A DNA stretch of 64,000 nt from Macrostomum lignano (Eukaryota). The stretch spans positions 31,332 through 95,331 of the forward strand of contig NIVC01003487.1 in assembly GCA_002269645.1 (NCBI GenBank). The letters run 5' to 3'. Both the position numbers and the translations under genes were made by a program. Below, one piece after another: positions 38,621-53,800 of this stretch. A model generated the notes under the pieces. It was not told where the DNA came from. It searched no databases and saw only the letters and a list, made by a program, of their open reading frames with translations. Positions within the stretch are counted from its first letter, which is position 1, and the number at the start of each line of letters is the position of its first letter.

Positions 38621-41234
38621 GGTGAGTGCCGGCACGGGCTCGCTGTCGAACTCATTGAACACGACAGCCTGGGTGAGCTGCAACCCGGTCAGACTGGGAT
38701 TCAGGTAGCTGAAGTCCCAGCCGGGCGCCCAGTGCAGCAGGACGGCTCCCAAGCACTCGTGCGCCACCGCCCCAGTCACGAAAATGTCGTCAATCCAGAA
38801 GTAATTGCGCCACTGCGCGCACAGGTGAAGGGGGCCCAGCAGATCTGCTGAGAACAGGTAGGCCAGGCCTTTGCAGTGCAGCGGGTACTCCTGCACCGGC
38901 CACTCGGACGGGCTGACGAACCACTTGTACTGCGGATCGGACATCCGGGTCTCCTGCTTGGCCGTCATGCAGTAGAAGAAGTTGCGGGTCTCCAACAGCC
39001 GGTCCGAGATGTACTCCACCAGGCGGAATGTGTTCACCAGCACGTCATCGTCCGTCTGGAGGCGGGGTGAGGTTGGCTGGGGAGTGAGGTGGAGAGTAAG
39101 GTAGGGAGTTAGATGGGGAGTAAGGTGAGGAGTGAGGTGGGAAGTGAGGTGGGAAGTGAGGTGGAGAGTAAGGTAGGGAGTAAGGTGGGGAGTAAGGTGA
39201 GGAGTGAGGTGGGAAGTGAGGTGGGAAGTGAGGTGGAGAGTAAGGTAGGGAGTGAGGTGGGGAGTGAGGTGGGGAGTGAGGTGGAGAGTAAGGTGGGGAG
39301 TGAGGTGGGGAGTGAGGTGGGGAGTGAGGTGAGGAGTGAGGTGGGAAGTGAGGTGGGAAGTGAGGTGGAGAGTAAGGTAGGGAGTTAGATGGGGAGTAAG
39401 GTGAGGAGTGAGGTGGGAAGTGAGGTGGGAAGTGAGGTGGAGAGTAAGGTAGGGAGTTGATGGGGAGTAAGGTGAGGAGTGAGGTGGGAAGTGAGGTGGG
39501 AAGTGAGGTGGAGAGTAAGGTAGGGAGTGAGGTGGGGAGTGAGGTGGGGAGTAAGGTAGGGAGTGAGGTGGGGAGTGAGGTGGGGAGTGAGGTGGGGAGT
39601 GAGGTGGAGAGTAAGGTGGGGAGTGAGGTGGGGAGTGAGGTGGGGAGTAAGGTAGGGAGTGAGGTGGAGAGTAAGGTAGGGAGTTAGATGGGGAGTAAGG
39701 TGAGGAGTGAGGTGGGAAGTGAGGTGGAGAGTAAGGTAGGGAGTGAGGTGGGGAGTGAGGTGGAGAGTAAGGTGGGGAGTGAGGTGGGGAGTGAGGTGGG
39801 GAGTAAGGTAGGGAGTGAGGTGGGGAGTGAGGTGAGGAGTGAGGTGGGGAGTGAGGTGAGGAGTGAGGTGGGAAGTGAGGTGGGAAGTGAGGTGGAGAGT
39901 AAGGTAGGGAGTTAGATGGGGAGTAAGGTGAGGAGTGAGGTGGGAAGTGAGGTGGGAAGTGAGGTGGAGAGTAAGGTAGGGAGTTAGATGGGGAGTAAGG
40001 TGAGGAGTGAGGTGGGAAGTGAGGTGGGAAGTGAGGTGGAGAGTAAGGTAGGGAGTTAGATGGGGAGTAAGGTGAGGAGTGAGGTGGGAAGTGAGGTGGG
40101 AAGTGAGGTGGGGAGTGAGGTGGGGAGTGAGGTGGGGAGTGAGGTGGGGAGTGAGGTGGGGAGTGAGGTGGGGAGTGAGGTGGGGAGTGAGGTGGGGAGT
40201 GAGGTGGGGAATTACCTTGAGCACAAACCGAACTCCTGAGCAGTGCTCCAATGCCCATCGAATCCCATACAGGTTCTTGTAAGTCAGATTGCGGTAATGA
40301 TCCCTAAAATTCGCCACCACCAAATCGCCGAACTCTTCGCTCTCCTTGTCGAGTCGTCGATTTTCGTCCTGATCGGCGGACCGGCCGACCACGAAGACGG
40401 TGGCCAAGCGGCGGCCGCCGATGTTGCTGATGGAGGCCCAGGTGCGCCGGATCAGGTGGCGCTTGGCGGCGTTGCCGACCGCCGAGTGGACGATGGCCAC
40501 CAGGAACAGTCGGCCGCGACACGCGGCGCCGCCGCAAACGGCTCTGGCGTGTGGTCGGTCGGGCGGCCGCTGGTCGGGCTGAAGCCGCGCCTCCAGCAGC
40601 GGGAGCGAAACGCCTCCACTGGCGACGGACTTCCGGCTCGTGCTGCTGCATCTCTAGCTGGTGCTGCTGCATCTCTAGCTGGTGCTGCTGCATCTCTAGC
40701 TGGTGCTGCCGCATCTCTAGCTGGTGCTGCTGCATCTCTAGCTGGTGCTGCTGCATCTCTAGCTGGTGCTGCTGCTGCTGCATCTCTAGCTGGTGCTGCT
40801 GCATCTCTAGCTGCTGCTGCTGCTGCTGCATCTCTAGCTGGTGCTGCTGCTGCATCTCTAGCTGCTGCTGCTGCTGCATCTCTAGCTGCTGCTGCTGCTG
40901 CTGCATCTCTAGCTGGTGCTGCTGCTGCTGCATCTCTAGCTGGTGCTGCTGCTGCATCTCTAGCTGATGCTGCTGCATCTCTAGCTGGTGCTGCTGCTGC
41001 TGCATCTCTAGCTGGTGCTGCTGCATCTCTAGCTGGTGCTGCTGCTGCTGCATCTCTAGCTGGTGCTGCTGCATCTGCTCGAATTCCTGGAAAAGCTCCA
41101 CCACCGTTCCTTCCAGTTTTATTCGGCGGAAGAACTTCAGCTGACGCAGCCAACATTGAAGCTGCCCTGCAGGGGACACGGAAGGCCAGCAGCAGCAGCA
41201 GCAGCATCGAGGACACAGCTGAGGACTCAGTCAT
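38585..41234 (-). CDS. Beta-1,3-galactosyltransferase-like (GT31) type II membrane protein; exons 41234-40216 (one apparent frameshift between ~40650 and ~40500) and 39055-38585
   Basis: Motifs [16 protein letters not shown]...[15 protein letters not shown]|TDDDVLVN (phase-0 intron 40215-39056), [18 protein letters not shown]; N-terminal hydrophobic MLLLLLLAF. Confidence 0.88.
39065..40210. repeat. 12-bp G-rich intronic satellite (gagtgaggtggg)
   Basis: Fills the GT31 intron; produces the SPPH/PHLT pseudo-ORFs. Confidence 0.95.
40645..41075. repeat. Variable (gct)n-gcatctctagctggt repeat within the GT31 stem region
   Basis: Units are multiples of 3 nt; translates as (AAAPARD)n in the frame that carries the TM segment. 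Confidence 0.9.
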
Positions 41235-41509
41235 GTTCCGAAGAATATCCAACTTTGTCAATAATAATAAACCTACATATACTCAACTGTTTCATACAGT
41301 TGTCAGTCACGGGTTTTATATTAGTCAATGCGCCTGCTTGAGCATCTTGAGCGTCTTGTGTTCCGTCTGTTTGGAGGTGAAGGCTCTACCCATGTACGCA
41401 AGGACTCGAGAGCGGACTGGGTGTACAGCACAATACCGTAGGCGCAATTCTGTTTGCTCTGTCACTCAGTACCCGCCACTGCATTGAGTCCCCACGTCTC
41501 AGTCTAAGC

Positions 41510-42390
41510 CAGGGGTCGGAAAACTCCGGCCCGTGAAGCCCTCTGTCTGGCCCTCGGGTGTTCAACAGAATCTTCACAATAGCATTCCGGCCCGTTCAAG
41601 CTTTTATGCCTCTACTCGGCTCTCTTCTCTTCTCTTTCCTCCCTTCTCTCTCCTCTCTTCTCTCTCCACTCTTCTCTCTCCTCTCTTCTCTCTCCTCTCT
41701 TCTTTCTCCTCTCTCCACTCTTCTCTCTCCTCTATTATCTCTCCTCTCTTCTCTCTCCACTCTTCTCTCTCCTCTCTTCTCTCTCCACTCTTCTCTCTCC
41801 TCTCTTCTCTCTCCACTCTTCTCTCTCCTCTCTTCTTTCTTCTCTCTCCACTCTTCTCTCTCCTCTCTTCTTTCTCCTCTCTCCTCTCTCCTCTCTCCTC
41901 TCTTCTCTCTCCTCTCTTCTCTCTCCTCTCTTCTCTCTCCTCTCTTCTTTCTCCTCTCTTCTCTCTCCTCTCTCCACTCTTCTCTCTCCTCTCTTCTCTC
42001 TCCTCTCTCCTCTCTTCTCTCTCCTCTCTTCTCTCTCCTCTCTTCTCTCTCCTCTATTATCTCTTTTCTCTCCTCTCTTCTCTCTCCACTCTTCTCTCTC
42101 CTCTATTATCTCTTTTCTCTCCACTCTTCTCTTTCCTCCCTTCTCTCTCCTCTCTTCTCTCTCCACTCTTCTTTCTCCTCTCTTCTCTCTCCTCTCTTCT
42201 CTCTCCACTCTTCTCTCTCCTCTCTTCTCTCTCCACTCTTCTCTCTCCTCTCTTTCCTCTCCATTTCTTTTCTCTCTTCCTTCTCTCCTTTTCTATCCCC
42301 TCGCATTCTCTCCCATCTCATCTCCCCTCTCGCCTCCTCTACTACATCTCTCCTTATCCTGCTCCCTTACTCTCATCTGGCCCGCAGTCG
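41510..42390 (-). mobile_element. hAT-type MITE copy (CT-rich core), one end truncated
   Basis: Starts caggggtcggaaaactccggcccg after gtctaagc; internal ggcccgcagtcgtg matches the reverse complement of the 61.29-kb sequence. Confidence 0.65.
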
Positions 42391-42599
42391 TGAGAAGGAT
42401 TAGCTTGCATTCATATAGCCCTTCGAGGTAAACTGTTTGCTGACATGGGTCCAAGGCGTGCCTCATTACCTTTGCGAGAATTAAAATTCACGCGCGCCGC
42501 TGCTGTAAGTAGCATCAGAAGAGTATTTTACTTGTTTTTTTGCGGAGTTTATTAGGAGAGGCAGAGGTAGAAATCAGGTAAAATTGAAAGTCTGTAGCT

Positions 42600-43203
42600 C
42601 GGCGAGAACACATCGGACTTCCAAACCGAATCTGCACCATTGAGCAGCACCTGCTCCAGACGAATATCAGGAATTTCAATATTCATTTTCACACTGATAG
42701 CCAAAAGCCGCTATCAAGACTTTAACCACCGTTAAAATTTCCAGCTGCATCTCAATGTTACCGCAGTGTGCAATCTCTCAGTCCTTAACAGAATTAGAAT
42801 CATCTGGACATCCGGTCACAGCAACCTGCTGGGCAACGAACTCGCGGATTCTCTCACCAAGGACGGCAGCATCCCTAATGGCAACCACCGTCTGATGAGG
42901 CTACCCATGCCTAGGTTGCAAATCACCCGCCATATCAACAGGTGTCAAAACCAGCAACACCAGCTTCACTGGAACAGCTGCACTGACTATACACGCAGAA
43001 ACGATCTGGGATGTCTAACCTGAACAGGGAAGTTTCTGAATATCTGATCTCGCTTCATATTCAGAATATCAGAATATCTGATCTGTGAACCGATCCCAGG
43101 GAGAGGTACATGGTTCTAACCGGCCATGGATTCTTTCAGAGACATATCTCGTTGCAAACCGGTTGCCCTCCCACCTTTCCTTTCTGTGGCATAGGAGAGG
43201 AGA
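42600..43203 (+). pseudogene. Degraded non-LTR retrotransposon 3' fragment (RNase H and C-terminal Zn-knuckle region; R1/LOA/I-like)
   Basis: IHFHTDSQ, IIWTSGHSNLLGNELADSLTK (RNase H motif), then [11 protein letters not shown]...FCGIGEE; stops and frameshifts present. Confidence 0.75.
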
Positions 43204-44145
<942 letters not shown>

Positions 44146-45009
44146 CACTCGCTCTACAGTGGCAGCTTTGGGTGCTCACGCCAGTCAGTGGGCCCACCAT
44201 CAGTGCGCAGGAACTTACTCATTCCATTTCACTGGACCACGGAGCTTTGGCGCGAGACTCAGACGCGTTGCCGCTCCGCTACTCAGCGCAATAAAAATGA
44301 GAGAGGGAGAGAATATATGGGGAGAGAGGTAGGCAGAGTGGATGAGAAAGGAAAGAGATGGAGAGAAGGAGACAGGGAGACAGGAAGGGGCAGAGAAGGG
44401 AAGTGTGAGGGGAGAGATAAGATGAGAGAGAATGGTAGAGAGAAGATGAGAGAGAGGGGAGAGAGGAGAAAGGGGGAGCGGGAAGCAAGCGAAGCAGCCA
44501 TAAGACAAGCGGCAGGAGGCTCAGCAGAAGCCGAGGTGGCAGCGGGAGAAAGGGGACACAGAGGAGGGCAGGCCGGGCCTGAGCGTGTCGCTGCAGATAA
44601 AAAGTTTGTTGGTTCATCGCACGCGAACTGCGCAGAGCCGGGCCAGGGTAGGTGAGACGCCCCCGGCCTCCGCGGCACTAAAATGTTTATTCCGGAATCC
44701 GATTTCGCCACATCCACCGGGCCCAACAGGCGGGGAGGCCCTCCGTGTCTCCGCCGCTCCCTCCCCACTGCGCCTTCTTCATCCGCAGTTTGGGGGCCCG
44801 CGCACTCCACTTGCCGCTTGTGTTTACACCCCGGGCCACTGGAGCGAGTTGAAGGCTGGGCATTGGCCCGGCCGCACCTACCCGACTGCGCTATAATAGG
44901 CTGGGGTGGGGCTCGCAAATTGCAGCTGGATAATATTGATGTACCGGCTTGGTGTGCACTTGGCTGCGCTGAGAGACTTGAGAGACGGGCAGCGGTTCAG
45001 CCTGACTGA

Positions 45010-47594
<2,585 letters not shown>

Positions 47595-48834
47595 TTACAT
47601 GTACAGTCTAGTAAACTCTAACACTTATTGTTATCCAATTTTGTTTTACTAGACTTACAATAATCGTTGTTTTCGAGCATTTTATTTGTGCGTTTCGTTG
47701 ACTAAAGTTCTGTAGTTATTGAGACTGTCGTTATTCGGTTGGCAGGATGAAGCCCCGCCATTTTTTGTTTTACTACTCGCGTCTCACTCACGGAAGTTTT
47801 AAACACAGAAACTACAGTTGCTATCTGTTTTAGCATGCTTATTCCTGCACTCAAGATTTATTCGTTGAATTTATGCAGAACTGTTCAAGCTGAAACTGAC
47901 TGCATGGTGAGCGCCACCGTTTTGCGCTCTGCTGGTTTCAAGTATTGCGGCTTTTTTCAATAACCGCTGCCTGCGTTTTCTTAACAACTGCGCCGATCAC
48001 GAATGAGCTGGCAAGCAGACATTTTGAGGCTTCTGCATTTGTTTTTCGGGGGACAGCAGCTCAGTGGGCCCCCGGTCCGCGACCACACTAATCTGGCCTG
48101 GACAATTAGAAAGCTCCGATATGCATCGAAAGTATTAATAATAATTGAAACGCAAGCAAAGGTCAGCTGCTGCAGGTTCAGTGAAGAAATCGCGAAAGCA
48201 GAAGACGAAGCGCCGGCAAAAGTGCAGCCCCCCCCGCTGGGCAGGCCGGGGAGCTGGGAAATGTCAATCGGCATCAGCCCCAGAGCGGCATAAAATATGA
48301 CGGCGGGAGGGCACAGGGACTGCGAACCGTTGGCGAAGGCCGGCGCGGTGAATGAAATCCTGAATTCACCAGCCAGTCCCGCTATTGTTTGAAAATGCTA
48401 ATAAAAGACAAGATGAGTTCTGAATATGTTGATATCCGGATTTTGCGCCGCGGCGCAATGCTGATGGGAAAATTATCCCACTGAAGTTGCTCTGAATTGA
48501 ATGGCGGGGCCACCCGCGGCGGCTCTCCCAGCTGCACTGCAGGGGATTCGATGGGTTGGGGGAAAATATTGAGTGGAGAGGAGGGCGAATGAGTGTAGAG
48601 GCACGCGCGATCCCGGGCAGCCTGGTTGGGATATTTTCTTTTCTGCCCCCCCCCCGCCTGCACCCGTGCGCTGAAGATTTCTGGGATGCACGAAGCTGGC
48701 GATGAAGCTCCATCTCAGTGGCTTCCCCGGAGCTGCAGCCTCCGGAGCGAAACTGCAGCAGCTGAATAAGCCGCATTGGGGAGCGACAGTCCGCGCAGTG
48801 ACAGCGGTGGGAATTAAGGGGGCAGTTGGTTCAC

Positions 48835-49420
48835 TTGAGTGACAGGATCATGGAGTGACAGGATCACAGAGCTTCATAGAGATCACACACAGAGATCTCA
48901 CTGTGATTTTACACAGATCACACACTAACCCAAGTGACAAGATCACAGAGTGACAAGATCACAGTGACAGGATTGTAGAGTGACAGGATCACGGAGTGAC
49001 AACATCAGGGAGTGAGAGGATCACGGAGTGACAACATCAGGGAGTGAGAGGATCACGGAGTGACAACATCAGGGAGTGAGAGGATCACGGAGTGACAGGA
49101 TCACAAAATGACAGGATCACAGAGTGACAGGATTTTAGAGCGACAGGATCACGGAGTGACAGGATCACAGAGTGACAGGATCACAGAGTGACAGGATCAT
49201 AGAGACAAAAAGACAGAGTGACAGGATTGTAGAGTGATATGATCACAGAGTGACAAAATCAGGGAGTGACAAGATAACGGAGTGACAGGATCATGGAGTG
49301 ACAACAATAGGGAGTGACAAGATCACGGAGTGACAGGATCATGGAGTGACAACATCAGGGAGTGACAGGATCACAGAGTGACAGGATCACAGAGTGACAA
49401 AATCAGAGTGACGAGATCAA
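48835..49420. repeat. 16-bp minisatellite (ggagtgacaggatcac)
   Basis: Degenerate period of 16. Confidence 0.9.
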
Positions 49421-49609
49421 AGAGAAAAGTACAGGAGCATGACAAATCTTACACATTTAAATGCTGGTTAACTTGCATAGACTGTTTTAAAATCCCCACG
49501 CTAATCAAAGTAGTGCAATTAAACTTGGGGCAATTTTTTCTGAATTTCGATGATCGGCAAATACAATCTATAATCTGCAATCATTTAGCTACTCAGCTTT
49601 TCTAATGTG

Positions 49610-50445
49610 TGTTCAGGTAATTACCCAGCCTATAATCTGTGGTCAGGTAATTACCCAGCCTATAATCTGTGGTCAGGTAATTACCCAGCCTATAATCTGT
49701 GGTCAGGTATTTATCCAGCCTCTAATCTGTGATCAGGGGATTACCCAGCCTCTAATCTGTGATCAGAGGATTACCCAGCCTCTCTAATCTGTCGTCAGGG
49801 GATTACCCAGCCTCTAATCTGTGGTCAGGTGATTACCCAGCCTCTCTAATCTGTGGTCAGGTAATTATCCAGCCTCTCTAATCTGTGGTCAGGTAATTAT
49901 CCAGCCTCTCTAATCTGTGGTCAGGTAATTACCTGGCCTCTAATCTGTGGTCAGGGGATTACCCAGCCCCTAATAAGTGGTCAGGTAATTATCCAGCCTC
50001 TCTAATCTGTGGTCAGGTAATTACCTGGCCTCTAATCTGTGGTCAGGGGATTACCCAGCCCCTAATAAGTGGTCAGGGGATTACCCAGCCTCTCTAATCT
50101 GTGGTCAGGTAATTACCTGGCCTCTAATCTGTGGTCAGGGGATTACCCAGCCCCTAATAAGTGGTCAGGGGATTACCCAGCCTCTCTAATCTGTGGTCAG
50201 GTAATTACCTGGCCTCTAATCTGTGGTCAGGGGATTACCCAGCCTCTCTAATCTGTGGTCAAGGGGATTATCCAGCCTCTCTAATCTGTTGTCAGGTAAT
50301 TACCCGGCCTCTAATCTGTGGTCAGGGGATTACCCAGCCTATCTAATCTGTGGTCAGGTAATTATCCAGCCTCTCTAATCGGTCGTCAGGTAATTATCCA
50401 GCCTCTCTAATCTGGTCAGGTAATTATCCAGCCTCTCTAATCTAT
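49610..50445. repeat. 30/32-bp minisatellite (taatctgtggtcaggtaattacccagcctc)
   Basis: Direct. Confidence 0.93.
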
Positions 50446-50893
50446 GATCCATTCTTCACCTCGTGTGAGCCAAGGGTAAGACTGAGCACTAACATGGCTT
50501 TTTAATTTTGTTTTGTCTCAGGGTCCCCTACCTAACTATGTATAAGCTAGGATACCGGACAATATATCAATTGTAGCATTAACTAAATTGGCATTACGAG
50601 CGTAGTTATTAGTTATACTATAGTGCTTCTGCTTCGGACTAGAATGCGGATGTATGGTTGAAATTCTTGGACTCAGAGAGAATTTATGAAATTTCAAGGT
50701 TCATTGGGAGAATTACTGCAATTCTGTGGCTCATTGGGTTGCTCAGATGCTTTGAGCCATAGCTCATAGGGGATCTGATTGATATCTTAAATAAGAAACA
50801 AACAATGGTGACTGTATACAAGGGGAAAATCTACGGGGGGGGGCACAGATTGCTAGAATTTTACGATTTTATTTTTCCGTTTTTTGGCACTAC

Positions 50894-53800
50894 AATGCCG
50901 CCAAGCACCGCCTGCTGGGCACCGTAGCCAACCAGCCCAGGAGACTCAGCCGGATCAGCGGACCCCGGCAGGACTCAGAGCTGTGCAGCCTGGCCGCAGC
51001 GCACCCGCACCTGTCCTGCGAGTCTCTGGCTCGAGCCTGGTCCGTGCCGGCGTCCAGGCACACCGTCAGGCGGCGGCTCATCTCGGCGGGCTTCCGCAGT
51101 CGGGCGGATCGGTGCAACTCCGCGCCTGCCGGAGGCGCCAAGTTCAGGGCCTGGTGCGCGGCGCGTCTGAAGTGGGCTCGGCTACGGCTGCACTGGGGAC
51201 CGGAGCACTGGGCCAGGTGAGACTCTGAGCTGGTCAGCTCTGATTGCACTGAGCACAGGTGAGACTCTGAGCTGGTCAGCTCTGATTGCACTGAGCACAG
51301 GTGAGACTCTGAGCTGGTCAGCTCTGATTGCACTGAGCACAGGTGAGACTCTAAGCTAGTCAGCTCTGATTGCACTGAGCACAGGTGAGACTCTGAGCTG
51401 GTCAGCTCTGATTGCACTGGGCCAGGTGAGACTCTGAGCTGGTCAGCTCTGATTGCACTGAGCACAGGTGAGACTCTGAGCTGGTCAGCTCTGATTGCAC
51501 TGAGCACAGGTGAGACTCTAAGCTGGTCAGCTCTGATTGCACTGAGCACAGGTGAGACTCTGAGCTGGTCAGCTCTGATTGCACTGGGCCAGGTGAGACT
51601 CTGAGCTGGTCAGCTCTAATTGACATTGCAGAATTCTGTTCACGGACGAGACCTGCTTCAAGCTAACCGACTTTACCTGCCGAGGTCGTCAGTGGCGAAT
51701 GAAAAATCTGAGTAGGAAAAAATCATCGAGAGTGGCGGAAGAGCGCAGGAATCCGGAGGCAGAGGCGTCGGGCCATGGGCAGCCAGGTGAGCAACGCCTC
51801 ACAAGGTAAGCAAAGTGACATTGATGGCTTGTGCGTGCAGTTTAGCCATAGAAATCCGGATACAGCAGCCTAAAAGCTACTGCAAGGGGGCGCCAAAGCT
51901 ACTTTAAGGGGGCGCCAAAGCTACAAGGGGGCGCCAAAGCTGCTGCAATGGGCGCCAAAGCTGCTGCAATGGGCGCCAAAGCTGCTGCAATGGGCGGCAA
52001 TTGGCAAAGCTACTGCAATGGGCGCCAAAGCTACTTCAAGGGGGCGCCGAAGATACTGCAATGGGCGCTAAAGCTACTGCAATGGGCGCCAAAGCTGCTG
52101 CAATGGGTGCCAAAACTACTGCAATGGGCGCCAAAGCTGCTGCAATGGGCGCCAAAGCTACTGCAATGGGCGCCAAAGCTACTTCAAGGGGGCGCCAAAG
52201 CTACTCCAAAGGGGGCGCCAAAGCTACTGCAATGGGCGGCAAAGCTGCTGCAATGGGCGCCAAAGCTGCTGCAAATGGGCGGCAATCGGCAAAGCTACTG
52301 CAATGGGCGCCAAAGCTGCTGCAATGGGCGCCAAAGCTACTGCAATGGGCGCCAAAGCTACTTCAAGGGGGCGCCAAAGCTACTCCAAAGGGGGCGCCAA
52401 AGCAACTGCAATGGGCGCCAAAGCTGCTGCAATGGGCGCCAAAGCTGCTGCAAATGGGCGGCAATCGGCAAACAACAACAACAAAATACGCTGTCATGAT
52501 GGTAAAAGTCTGCGTCACAGGGCGCGCTTCATGGCTTGGGCGCGAACAAAGGCCGCGCCACCGGCAGTGTCCGGGGCGCCGGCGTCAGCCAGCAGACAGT
52601 CGACATAACGCCGAGTTCGCGCTTGACCTCGCCGGTAGGGTGCCTGCAGCGTGAGCAGCAGCACCTCCTGCACCGGCTGTGGGCAGTACGACTCGGCGCG
52701 GATGAGATGGCCTGCGAGCTGGAGTCGCCGACGGCGCAGTAGATCACTTGGACGTGGCAGGCCAGCGCGGCGATAGAGTGCCGCGTTGGTGACTCGCTCG
52801 ACGCCGATGTTGAAGGCGGCGCGCAGCAGACCAGCGTGCGCCGCATCGACTTGCTGTTCGAGTGAGTCCGTCAGCGTCCAGGTCTCGGCGTTGTACAGCA
52901 GGACGGTCTCGATTACCGCCTGGAACAGCGCCGCCCTCTGGCGGTCCGGTAGGGCCTCGGACTGCAGGACTGCCCTCACAGAACGAAAGGCAGCCCAGGC
53001 AAGCCCGCGGCGGCGTCGCAGGTCCTCGCGAGCGTCTGGAACCAGACCGCCGAGGTAGACGAACTGCTGACATCGCGGGAGTTCGGTCGCCTGCCCGTCA
53101 GCGCCTCGGCAAAATATTGCAGCCTCGATGTCGTCCGGCACGCAGAGCACAACGGTCTTCTGCGTGTTGACCACCAGGCCGACACTCGCCGCAACGGCAA
53201 CCAGCCTGTCCAGCTGCCGTTGGGCGCCCTCGACGGTCGAGGACAGCAGGGCGAGGTCGTCGGCGTAGCCAAGCACGCTGAGCCGCTTCTCCGGTTGACG
53301 TCGACCCACGCGTCGCTGCAGCAGAAAACCGTCGTCGTCGGTAGGAAGAGCAGTCCGCAGCACCCAGTCAAGCACCAGGACGAACAGAAACGGCGCCAGC
53401 GTATCTCCCTGAAGCACTCCGGAGGATGTCTCAAAGGAGTCCGATAGGCCGTCCGGTGTTGTCACAGCAGCTGTCGTATCACGGTACATCGCCATGACGG
53501 CGGAGATCAGCTGCTCAGGCACGTTGTACGCGCGGAGCACCATTGGAAGCACGGCTCTGACAACCGAGTCGAATGCCTTCTTGAAATCAATAAAGATTAA
53601 AATCAGTATCGACTGACGAATCCGCGCCTCCTCGATGACTCGGCGAAGAGCCAGGATCTGCGCCACTGTGCCGCGATGGGGCCGGAACCCGTTCTGCTCT
53701 GGGCGCAGGTACGGATCCAGCACGGGCTGCAACCGCGAAAGCAGCATCCGGTTGAACAGCTTCGCTGCACAGGACTGAAGGCAGATGCCTCGATGGTCTT

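Noticed and set aside
38585-40500. SPPH/PHLT-repeat ORFs resembling extensins
   Set aside because: The repeat lies within a phase-0 GT-AG intron of the GT31 gene.
41533-42403. Leu/Ser-rich multi-TM-looking ORFs
   Set aside because: Translation of the CT-rich microsatellite inside a MITE.
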